Source: a bacterium
Lineage (GTDB): Bacteria; Patescibacteriota; Minisyncoccia; Phycocordibacterales; UBA6899
Assembly: GCA_043744555.1 (NCBI GenBank)
Contig: JAYTUL010000001.1
Coordinates: 1-40,243 of the forward strand
Direction of reading: 5' to 3'
DNA: 40,243 nucleotides
This document shows positions 8,083 to 15,870 of the stretch, in pieces (within the stretch, counting starts at the first letter, position 1; each line of letters opens with the position of its first letter). The translations under genes and the position numbers were made by a program. Below the pieces are notes generated by a model, which worked only from the letters and a program-made list of their open reading frames with translations, did not search any database and had not been told where the DNA came from.

Positions 8083-8094
8083 GCATCATTTTTT
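8067..8094. terminator. Palindromic hairpin at the convergent gene ends (possible bidirectional terminator)
   Basis: aaaaaatgatgc / ttag / gcatcatttttt. Both stop codons lie in the loop: TAG at 8080-8082 on plus, TAA at 8081-8079 on minus. The core stem is only 6 bp and is flanked by A6/T6 tracts. Confidence 0.4.
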
Positions 8095-9041
8095 GCAGTC
8101 TTTTCCGGCTTGTTGAGAATTTCTTTAATGACGAATTTGGGACGGTTTTTTACCTCCTCAAATATTCTCCCAAGATATTCTCCTATGATGCTGAGGCTTA
8201 CAAGTTGCACACTGCTGAAAAAGAGTATTAAGACAACGATGGTGCTCGTTCCTCGTGGAGCATTGGGTGTGTGAAAGTATAGATACACATACACCAATAT
8301 CGCCAGAAGTGAAGTAAAGGAAACAATAAGCGCAAGATAAAACACAAGCTCGAGCGGTTCATATGAAAAGGAAAATATCCCCTTACGTGCCCAGCGTACG
8401 TTCTTTAGTAGGTTGTTGGTTGTCACACCAAACATTCGTTCGGGGCGGTGATAAGGTATGCCTGTTTGCTTGAAGCCGACCCACGCGCGCATTCCTCGGA
8501 TAAACATATCGCGCTCTGGCATTGAAACGAGAATGTCGACCACCTTTTTGTCCATTAGCGAGAAGTCACCCGCATCACGCGGGATCTTTATATAAGAAAG
8601 TTTGCTAAATATCCGATAGAAAAGATTGTATCCAATTCGTAGCGACAATGCAGCGTCGCGTTTCACTCGGATGCCGTAGACAACCTCGAATCCCTCTGAC
8701 CATTTTTGCGCAAACTCCTTGATGATTTCAGGTGGGTCCTGCAGGTCGCCATCAAGTAGTACCACAGCATCGCCTGTCGCGATGGTCATGCCGCTCATGA
8801 ATGCATTCTGTGAGCTAAAATTTCGTGAATGAGTTATGGCGGTAACATGCTTATCGTTCTCTACTAGAACACGCAGTACCTCTTGGGTATTGTCCGGGCT
8901 TCCGTCGTTTACAAAAATGATTTCGTACGCGCAACCTATCTCAGCAAATACCTTTGTCAGGCGCTCGTGCATTATGGGGATAGCCTGCTCATCTCTGTAG
9001 CATGCTATGATCGCCGAGATCTTCTTTTTGTGTATGATCAT
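8079..9041 (-). CDS. Family 2 glycosyltransferase, polyprenyl-phosphate sugar synthase type (GtrB/ArnC/DPM1-like)
   Basis: From the ATG at 9041: MIIHKKKISAIIACYRDE..., FVNDGSPDNT, LLDGDLQDPPE, and two C-terminal hydrophobic helices. The longer track ORF (to 9224) overlaps the divergent gene and adds non-homologous sequence. Confidence 0.85.
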   Translation of the reverse strand: MIIHKKKISAIIACYRDEQAIPIMHERLTKVFAEIGCAYEIIFVNDGSPDNTQEVLRVLVENDKHVTAITHSRNFSSQNAFMSGMTIATGDAVVLLDGDLQDPPEIIKEFAQKWSEGFEVVYGIRVKRDAALSLRIGYNLFYRIFSKLSYIKIPRDAGDFSLMDKKVVDILVSMPERDMFIRGMRAWVGFKQTGIPYHRPERMFGVTTNNLLKNVRWARKGIFSFSYEPLELVFYLALIVSFTSLLAILVYVYLYFHTPNAPRGTSTIVVLILFFSSVQLVSLSIIGEYLGRIFEEVKNRPKFVIKEILNKPEKTAKNDA

Positions 9042-9144
9042 AAGAGTAAAGTCTTTCTCTGCACTCAAACTATAGCATAAGAAATTGGAGGGGGGAATAT
9101 TATTTAATTGTATAAATACATTGTATTTGTTATGCTTTTCGAAC

Positions 9145-9780
9145 ATGGTGAGTATTCTAGAAAGCAAGATCGTCAAAAAAATAGCCAATATTCCACTTGT
9201 GTGGAATCTTGCACAAAACATCATTGGTGCAAATCAGTGGAAGGCTTGGATGTATCCATCTGTCTTCGAGAAAAAAGAAGGAACGCTTCTGGATTTCGGT
9301 TGCTCGAGCGGAAACGAAACAGCCGCATTCCTTGAATTTGACTATTGTGGGATCGATCTAGACGCACAAGCGATCAGGGGAGCGCAAGAAAAATTTCGGC
9401 GTTACCCTAACGTAAAGTTTTTTGCACTGGACATAATTAAAGATGGATTTAAAGAAGATTTTTTTGACCACATTCTTTTTGCAGGTACTGGACACCACCT
9501 CACTGATGATGACCTGCAAAAAATACTCGATATTTTGATGACTAATCTTAAGCCAGGTGGAAAGCTGCATTTTTTTGATCCGATCAGTCAGCCAGAAAAG
9601 GATGGATGGTTAACGCGCTTCATCATTCGTTCCGATCAGGGTAAATTTACTCGCACGGAAACGACTTATAAAAGTTTTTTCGATAAATCAAAATATAAAG
9701 TCGTAGAGTGGAAGATGTTTCCTAACCCATATCGGTTTGTTAAATTTCCAGATTTTCTTTACGTTGAGCTAACCAAGTAG
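9145..9780 (+). CDS. Class I SAM-dependent methyltransferase (1 of 3 in tandem)
   Basis: LLDFGCSSGNETAAF (motif I), ILFAGTGHHL, LKPGGKLHFFDP. ATG at 9145 is preferred over the TTG at 9085. Confidence 0.75.
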   Translation: MVSILESKIVKKIANIPLVWNLAQNIIGANQWKAWMYPSVFEKKEGTLLDFGCSSGNETAAFLEFDYCGIDLDAQAIRGAQEKFRRYPNVKFFALDIIKDGFKEDFFDHILFAGTGHHLTDDDLQKILDILMTNLKPGGKLHFFDPISQPEKDGWLTRFIIRSDQGKFTRTETTYKSFFDKSKYKVVEWKMFPNPYRFVKFPDFLYVELTK

Positions 9781-9784
9781 AAGT

Positions 9785-10513
9785 ATGTCCATTGCGAAAA
9801 AAAATATCACTGAGTTCAATGATGACGTCAAAGCAAATGACGGTTATCTATATACTACAAATCCGCCACTCTCTTCTGTTTTGGCAAATAAGCGGATCTC
9901 AGACGAAGTAAATAAGTACATATCTGAAAGCAATACACTTGTCGATATTGGTTGCGGTGACGGGGTGTATACAGGCGAAATAAAGAAGCAGTTTCCACAC
10001 CTTGAGATAGAGGGATTTGATCCTGCACAAGATGCGATAGTCTCTGCACAGAAAAAATACCCAGATATAAAATTTAAAGTTGTGAATATTTTGCAGGAAA
10101 ATATTGAAGAGGCAAGCGGTAAATTTGACATAGGGATAATAAGAGGTGTTTTGCATCATCTTTCGGATCAGGAGCTGGCTATAAAGAATTCGCTTAAGAT
10201 TGCAGGTACAGTGGTGATAGTAGAGCCCAATGGTAACAATCCGATATTAAAAGTTATTGAACAATTATCTTCCTACCATCGAAAGCACGAGGAGCAGTCC
10301 TTCACCTACTGGCAGTTAAAGGATTGGTGTGAAAATGCGGGAGGTGTTGTAGTTTCACACAAATACATCGGCTTTATTCCATTCTTTTTTCCAGAATCCC
10401 TCACAAAGGCAATCTACTTTATTCAGCCTTTTTTTGAAAAAATCCCATTAATTCGTGAATTTTTTAGCGCCCAGATTGTTATAGTATGCAAAAATAGATC
10501 CGGTAGATCGTAA
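9785..10513 (+). CDS. Class I SAM-dependent methyltransferase (2 of 3 in tandem)
   Basis: LVDIGCGDGVYTGEI, FDIGIIRGVLHHL, VVIVEPNGNNP. Confidence 0.85.
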   Translation: MSIAKKNITEFNDDVKANDGYLYTTNPPLSSVLANKRISDEVNKYISESNTLVDIGCGDGVYTGEIKKQFPHLEIEGFDPAQDAIVSAQKKYPDIKFKVVNILQENIEEASGKFDIGIIRGVLHHLSDQELAIKNSLKIAGTVVIVEPNGNNPILKVIEQLSSYHRKHEEQSFTYWQLKDWCENAGGVVVSHKYIGFIPFFFPESLTKAIYFIQPFFEKIPLIREFFSAQIVIVCKNRSGRS

Positions 10514-10519
10514 CTTTTT

Positions 10520-11230
10520 ATGGCAAGCATTAAAGATGATAGGGGGTACAACCAGGGCTTTAGTCTTGTGAAAAGCACCGAAGTTCGCATGCGACGGAGG
10601 GCTGATTTGATATTGTCAGAAATGCAGAGTGCGGAAGGTAAGTCGGTGCTTGAGATAGGTTGTGGTACTGGTGAGGTTGCATTCTGGATGGCAGAAAAAA
10701 CAGTAGCCAATGTTCTCGGCACTGATCTGTGTGTCCCGTTTGTTGATAAGGCTAAAGAAAAATTTCAATTAGCCAATTTACGTTACGCCGTGCTTGATTT
10801 TAACAAAGTAGACCAGTTTAAGGGTGAGAAATTTGACTATATCGTCGGCAACGGTATCCTACATCATCTCTACCACCATCTTGATGAAGCACTTTCAAAC
10901 ATGAAGAATCTCCTTAGGGAGGGTGGTAAGCTTATTTTTCTTGAACCGAATTATCATAACCCCTATGTGTATCTGGTCTTCACTCATCCAAAGTTTCGCA
11001 AAATGGCGAACCTTGAGCCAGATGAAATGGCTTTCTCTAAAAGTTTTATAAAGAAAAAATTAAAAAGTGTTGGGTACCATAATATAGAAGTCGATTACAA
11101 AGATTTCCTCCTGCCTGGAATTCCTAATTTTTTAATTAAGCCCTCGATCGTTGCGGGGAATATCATTGAGAAAATTCCTATCGCAAAAAGTGTTTCACAG
11201 TCTATTTTTATACGGGCTGTGAGTGGCTAA
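10520..11230 (+). CDS. Class I SAM-dependent methyltransferase (3 of 3 in tandem)
   Basis: VLEIGCGTGEVAFWMA, FDYIVGNGILHHL, LREGGKLIFLEPNYHNP. It shares the HHL and EPN..NP motifs with the preceding gene. Confidence 0.85.
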   Translation: MASIKDDRGYNQGFSLVKSTEVRMRRRADLILSEMQSAEGKSVLEIGCGTGEVAFWMAEKTVANVLGTDLCVPFVDKAKEKFQLANLRYAVLDFNKVDQFKGEKFDYIVGNGILHHLYHHLDEALSNMKNLLREGGKLIFLEPNYHNPYVYLVFTHPKFRKMANLEPDEMAFSKSFIKKKLKSVGYHNIEVDYKDFLLPGIPNFLIKPSIVAGNIIEKIPIAKSVSQSIFIRAVSG

Positions 11231-11246
11231 TATTTTTCAAATTTTA

Positions 11247-13022
11247 TCACTTAAATTTGTAGATTGTAGTCGATCCAGATATGTAGACTTGATGAAGATC
11301 CGGCAGCGATTTTTGTGCTTGACTATTCAGATAACCCCGTGAAATAACATAGTCTATACGATAGTTCTTGAGTTCCTTTTCGAAATCAGTTTCCATGAAC
11401 ACCATGTATTTTTTTGTCAGATCAGGGGTCATTGCCTGTATGCGCCCGCTCTTACGAGAATCCAATAGTTCGAGCCAGTCTTTAAACAAATATGCTCTTA
11501 CCAACGTCTCATTGTCAGTGAGGAATTTTGAGGCAGTAGATGTGGAAACTCCGCGTAGTCTCATCTCGACGAACATGCTGTGAAGAACACGATCCATGGG
11601 GATAGACCCCGAAAGGTTACCGGTTGAGTAGACATTGCAACTGGTGAAAGCTGGAATAATCCCACTTAACTGCTGATTCTGATCTTCAGATACAAGTACA
11701 ACACAGTCCTTTTCTGCATGTGTGTTCAACCATGAAAACACAGGCGCATAATTTTGTAGTGACTTGAAATCATTCATTGCATAGACATATGTCCCTGCAT
11801 TTACAGATCCAAACAAAAGACAAGTAAAGATGGTGATACCCACAATACTTCTCCATATATGCGGAAAGTGCGGTCGGAGTAAGATAAAGCTTGAAATAAA
11901 TAGAGAGACGATGGCAAGCGGAATCGAATATTGCACAAAATGGTACGGCCAGACGGCAAGCCCAGTTATGATTTGCTGATTAAGCGCGACAACGCTTCCA
12001 AAAAGAAGAGACATCATGAACCAAATACTCAAATATTTTTGAGGTTCTTTGGTTATGTAAATTCCACGACGACGAGTGTAGAGAATGAGGAGGAAAAAGA
12101 GCGTGGTCGCTGCAAGCAGCACCTTGTTAAGTAGAGGTGTGTGCAACAGTAAAAGCCCGTTCCTCCCGGCTAGACCGCCTCCGCTTCCTGTAAGTGAGGG
12201 CACAATCTGTAGCCAATACAGTGTATCCAGTCCAATCGCCAGAAGGAGTATGCTCGCAAGCTTTTTGGCTGCAGTAAGCTGCCTGTGCCACACTGAAAAA
12301 AGTATCAATATTCCAACAATCGAGCACGCGATACCGAACGTAAAAATGTATCCCACTGAAAGAGCGAGAACGATACCCGCACATATTGGGTAGCCCCAAG
12401 ATTTTTTATGCAAGCTCTGCCAAACCAAAGGAAGAAAAGTAAAAAGTATCAATGCCCCCGTTATTGGATTTACCGGTCGTACCCAGGGAGATAGAAAAAG
12501 TCTATCCGTGCCATGCATGAGTCTCGAAAATAAAGTATGATAGTCAATGAGATCGTAGCCTATGGTCACAAAAAGTCCTGCCGCTACAGCCCCCCAAATA
12601 TTTTTTACTGAGCTTTCGTGTTCGGACACGATACGAACAAAACTATAAACTAAAAGAAAAAGCACAACAGGGAATAAGAACTTTGCAAAAACGACTGCAT
12701 TCGGTATCGATAAATGAAAAATGTGAGCAATGAATATATAAAAATACTCACCCACTGGAGGTACTAAGGGTAAAGCATTCTTATATTCAAACAAATAAGG
12801 AGAGCCTACTAGGAGATGCCCATCAGCGATCTCGTGGATACGCGAAAGATAGTAGTCTTCATTATCAGAATACATAAATGGTATGCCTTGATATGAGTCT
12901 TCAAGTGCGTGCCAAGCCAAGAGATGGGGTGCTACTGACAATAACCCAACTATCAAAGCAAAGATCAATCCAACGTAATTTTCTTTGCACCAAAGTAGAG
13001 CAGCAAATAATAATCTTTTCAT
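11247..13022 (-). CDS. Large polytopic membrane protein with GT-C-like architecture; paralog of 93..1907
   Basis: 591-aa ORF, ATG at 13022. Multi-TM N-terminal ~400 aa plus a soluble C-terminal domain. Shares the loop-1 motif and the C-terminal pattern (NYRIDYVISRG...IYKFK vs KYHVVYIIRD...IYSLK) with the first ORF. Confidence 0.6.
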   Translation of the reverse strand: MKRLLFAALLWCKENYVGLIFALIVGLLSVAPHLLAWHALEDSYQGIPFMYSDNEDYYLSRIHEIADGHLLVGSPYLFEYKNALPLVPPVGEYFYIFIAHIFHLSIPNAVVFAKFLFPVVLFLLVYSFVRIVSEHESSVKNIWGAVAAGLFVTIGYDLIDYHTLFSRLMHGTDRLFLSPWVRPVNPITGALILFTFLPLVWQSLHKKSWGYPICAGIVLALSVGYIFTFGIACSIVGILILFSVWHRQLTAAKKLASILLLAIGLDTLYWLQIVPSLTGSGGGLAGRNGLLLLHTPLLNKVLLAATTLFFLLILYTRRRGIYITKEPQKYLSIWFMMSLLFGSVVALNQQIITGLAVWPYHFVQYSIPLAIVSLFISSFILLRPHFPHIWRSIVGITIFTCLLFGSVNAGTYVYAMNDFKSLQNYAPVFSWLNTHAEKDCVVLVSEDQNQQLSGIIPAFTSCNVYSTGNLSGSIPMDRVLHSMFVEMRLRGVSTSTASKFLTDNETLVRAYLFKDWLELLDSRKSGRIQAMTPDLTKKYMVFMETDFEKELKNYRIDYVISRGYLNSQAQKSLPDLHQVYISGSTTIYKFK

Positions 13023-13079
13023 TTATTGATTATTACAGAAACCCGCAAGTAATGAAATAAAATCACAGAATGAATTGAA

Positions 13080-13700
13080 TTAGCGATAAACGTTTTCTGC
13101 GAGCTCAAAACATTTTTTGTAGTAGACTTCCTGCCCGTAACCGAACTCACGATCTGGGGGCATGTCGTCTTTAGAGAACCACCGTACACCTGAGGCTTCT
13201 TGTCCGCCCAACGAGGTTTGTCCGAATTCCATGTGCGTGTCACTCAACTTCACCAGATAGATCATCGACACAGCATGTCGTTTTTGCGGCTCAACACCAA
13301 AGTCTGGTAACACCGTGCCGTCACTTTTCGGTCGCATGAATTGATGAAAAAGTACCGGTCTGTCCCATTGAGTGAGCAACTCTATGTTGCTCCCAATGTC
13401 GGTTTTGAAGTGTCGTCGCATTGCACTCTCTACACTCTCTTCGAGGAGTATTCTTCCTCCCACCGAACAGAGTTTCCCCTTAAATGGACCGGTGTTGCGG
13501 ACGATAGTCATCAGTTCTATCTTTCCGACTTTCTTTCGCACAGCGATACCGTCAACACATGTCACAACTCCTAGTTCCACAAAAAGATCATAAAGCGAGC
13601 GTTTGAGATGTTTTCCTTCAAACTGATCTGGGCGAGACATAAGCTCCCTTGCGAGTTCGTCGGTACTGAATTCTTGTAGCTCTTTTTTGCTTATGGTCAT
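13080..13700 (-). CDS. Nudix-fold protein with a degenerate Nudix box
   Basis: 206 aa. GGRILLEESVESAMRRHFKTDIG fits GX5EX7 but has RRHFKT where REUXEE is expected. Confidence 0.5.
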   Translation of the reverse strand: MTISKKELQEFSTDELARELMSRPDQFEGKHLKRSLYDLFVELGVVTCVDGIAVRKKVGKIELMTIVRNTGPFKGKLCSVGGRILLEESVESAMRRHFKTDIGSNIELLTQWDRPVLFHQFMRPKSDGTVLPDFGVEPQKRHAVSMIYLVKLSDTHMEFGQTSLGGQEASGVRWFSKDDMPPDREFGYGQEVYYKKCFELAENVYR

Positions 13701-13852
13701 ATGAATATTCTGGCATTATCTAGGGTGAGTGTAAAGCTGATTCCGTTTTCGATATGGAAAATGGGTGGGATGTCTTTCGACTTCACTTTTTTGAGTATGA
13801 TACGTTTCAATTCAAGGCGAATCGCCCTTGTGATCGCGCTCAGTGTTGGCAC
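13697..13852 (-). CDS. Possible small unannotated ORF (51 codons from GTG) translationally coupled to the Nudix-like gene, or the tail of a frameshifted gene
   Basis: The minus-strand frame reads (V/M)PTLSAITRAIRLELKRIILKKVKSKDIPPIFHIENGISFTLTLDNARIFI. Its TGA overlaps the ATG of the 13700 gene (ATGA). It falls below the 60-aa cut-off of the ORF track. There is no ATG start. Confidence 0.3.
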   Translation of the reverse strand: MPTLSAITRAIRLELKRIILKKVKSKDIPPIFHIENGISFTLTLDNARIFI

Positions 13853-14004
13853 GCTCTCGATGGCAACACATATCCTTGGAATTGGGGTCAGCTTTTATTA
13901 TGCAACATTTTCCTAATAAAAGTGTTGTATTTATGATACGGACGAGGTCAAAGATAGCTTCTTCTATTTGAGGGTCTTCCGTGATATATTCACCAAACTG
14001 AACT

Positions 14005-15678
14005 ATGGAAAAAATGGAAACAGCCAAGAATGAAAAGATCGTTATGATAGGATTTGGCTGGGTAGGGCAGGCTAATGCTCTCGCGCTCGTGCAAATGGGC
14101 TATAACGTCTACTGCTACGACGTTTTACCTCCCAAGCATCATTACAGTGGTGGTGACTACAAGCACTTGTATGAAAAGGTGACAGTGCTTAGTACCCCGC
14201 TTGAGATGGACGGAGAACACACTGCATATATGGTATGTGTAGGTGACCGTGTGGATGATAACGGCAGGCAAGATGTTGCCTTCATTCGTCAAGCACTCGA
14301 GTCTATAAAAGCTGCAAAAGGTACGATCATTCTCCGCTCTACGATTGTCCCCAAGACCCTCGCGTCCCTTGTCTTCGATTATTACATTCCAGAATTTCTT
14401 CACGAAAAGTTTGCGATACAGGAATGCATCAAGCCTTTTTATTTTGTATTAGGAAGCGGTACGCGCAAGCAAGATGCATGGCTGCCGTCTGTCATCGGTG
14501 TGTGGCAAGAACGCGCACAGAATGTATTTACCGGCACTTACAGTGAGGCTTCGCATATCAAATATTTCTCAAACATGTGGAATGCCGTCCGCATCGCTTT
14601 TGTGAATGAGATAGGCGATCTTGTCGCAGATGCAGCACATTCGAGTACTCCGACTGAAGATGCAGAACGCGTTATCAACTTCCTCTTTGAAGGAAAGAGC
14701 TACTTGCGATATGGACGCGGATTCGGTGGACATTGCTTGCCGAAGGATATGCGCGCATTCTTGGCTGAATATTCAGGAGAGCGTAATACTGCGATCCTAA
14801 CGGGCACATATGACTCGAACACCATCCACGAAGATAGGCTTAAGCGGGCCGCCACACAACTCCCCGAATGGTATTCAGCATGGGACTACGAGAGTATCGC
14901 TCTACATCAGCGCAAAGCGATCGAAATAATGTTCAAGAATCTCTATCAGAGCGCTCCTGTATCTTTTGTGCGTCACTTACTTAAGCCGGCAATTATACTT
15001 GGTGAGCGTTTTGTTGCCGCCCGCACTAGCGAGGAGGCACGAAGAGTTTGGGAAGAGAAGGCAAAACAAAATGCCAGATACTATGTAAATCAAAAAACTC
15101 CAAGCGGGGAGCTCGTCGATGAGTCAGAGCTACAAAAGACCGGCAAAGAAGACTACGAAAAGCATATTTTAAAGGAGCCCGCACTTAGAGATTTACACAA
15201 AAATTTACAGGCTCACGTTGTGCTTGATATTGGTTCCGGAATCGGAAGAATGAGCGAGTTTTTTGCGAACGATTTCGCTACTGTGCACGGCATCGACATA
15301 TCACCGACAATGGTTGATATCGCAAAGCGTCGACTCTCAGGTCTATTGAACGCTACGTTTACGGTAAACGATGGAGAAAAAATTCCCTTTGAGCCCGCCA
15401 CTTTTGATCTTATTTTTTCTTATCTCGTTTTCCAGCACATCGATGACATAGGAGCCATAGAAAGATATTTTTCGGAAATATATCGCACCCTAAAGCCATG
15501 CGGTATTGCCAAGATACAATTACGCACAGGTCCAGGAGTAAGGCGCTGGGTGTGGTCGTATGGCCTGTCGTTTAACAGGGAGGAGGCTAAGAGGTTGGGT
15601 GAACGTGCTGGCTTTAGGGTCATTAGTGCTGAGATAGAAGGAGGGAAAAACCTATGGTTGACGCTTGCGCGACCTTAA
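14005..15678 (+). CDS. Fusion protein: UDP-glucose/GDP-mannose dehydrogenase-family N-terminal and central domains joined to a class I SAM methyltransferase domain
   Basis: IVMIGFGWVGQANALAL (NAD fold) and GFGGHCLPKDMRAF (catalytic Cys motif) near residue 245. Then a linker and VLDIGSGIGRMSEFF...FDLIFSYLVFQHI...LKPCGIAKIQL. A single ORF with no internal stop. Confidence 0.8.
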   Translation: MEKMETAKNEKIVMIGFGWVGQANALALVQMGYNVYCYDVLPPKHHYSGGDYKHLYEKVTVLSTPLEMDGEHTAYMVCVGDRVDDNGRQDVAFIRQALESIKAAKGTIILRSTIVPKTLASLVFDYYIPEFLHEKFAIQECIKPFYFVLGSGTRKQDAWLPSVIGVWQERAQNVFTGTYSEASHIKYFSNMWNAVRIAFVNEIGDLVADAAHSSTPTEDAERVINFLFEGKSYLRYGRGFGGHCLPKDMRAFLAEYSGERNTAILTGTYDSNTIHEDRLKRAATQLPEWYSAWDYESIALHQRKAIEIMFKNLYQSAPVSFVRHLLKPAIILGERFVAARTSEEARRVWEEKAKQNARYYVNQKTPSGELVDESELQKTGKEDYEKHILKEPALRDLHKNLQAHVVLDIGSGIGRMSEFFANDFATVHGIDISPTMVDIAKRRLSGLLNATFTVNDGEKIPFEPATFDLIFSYLVFQHIDDIGAIERYFSEIYRTLKPCGIAKIQLRTGPGVRRWVWSYGLSFNREEAKRLGERAGFRVISAEIEGGKNLWLTLARP

Positions 15679-15692
15679 TTACAATATATTTT

Positions 15693-15740
15693 ATGACATC
15701 AACTAGCAAAAAAATTCTTATAACTGGCGGGGCGACCTAA
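15693..15740 (+). pseudogene. 15-codon remnant of the 5' end of an SDR gene (MTSTSKKILITGGAT-stop)
   Basis: atg aca tca act agc aaa aaa att ctt ata act ggc ggg gcg acc taa. It mimics the N-terminus MNNTTNNKKILITGGAGFIG of the intact gene 130 nt downstream but differs at synonymous positions. Confidence 0.4.
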
Positions 15741-15870
15741 ATTTTAACGACTGAGTGGAGTATAAAATTGAAAGCGACTTTGGTTTCTTGCGAGCGAAGC
15801 GAACTAGAAAGCAAGAAGTACTCACGTAGTGTACTCTGTTGAGAACACTACGAAACAATTAATTTCATTT

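Noticed and set aside
9042-9224. The 61-aa N-terminal extension of the GT2 (track ORF to 9224) and the TTG start at 9085 for the divergent methyltransferase
   Set aside because: The two extensions would overlap each other head-to-head. Homology starts at MIIHKKKISAII (ATG 9041) and near MVSILESK (ATG 9145). The extensions look like non-coding promoter DNA.
11238-11259. The caaattt...aaatttg inverted repeat between convergent genes as a terminator
   Set aside because: It is a 7-bp all-A/T stem apart from one C-G pair, with an 8-nt loop. That is too weak to call.
15741-15870. A riboswitch or small RNA in the 130-nt spacer upstream of the SDR gene
   Set aside because: Only short stems of 5-7 bp are present, with no recognisable riboswitch core. 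The region is reported only as part of the gene-stub observation.
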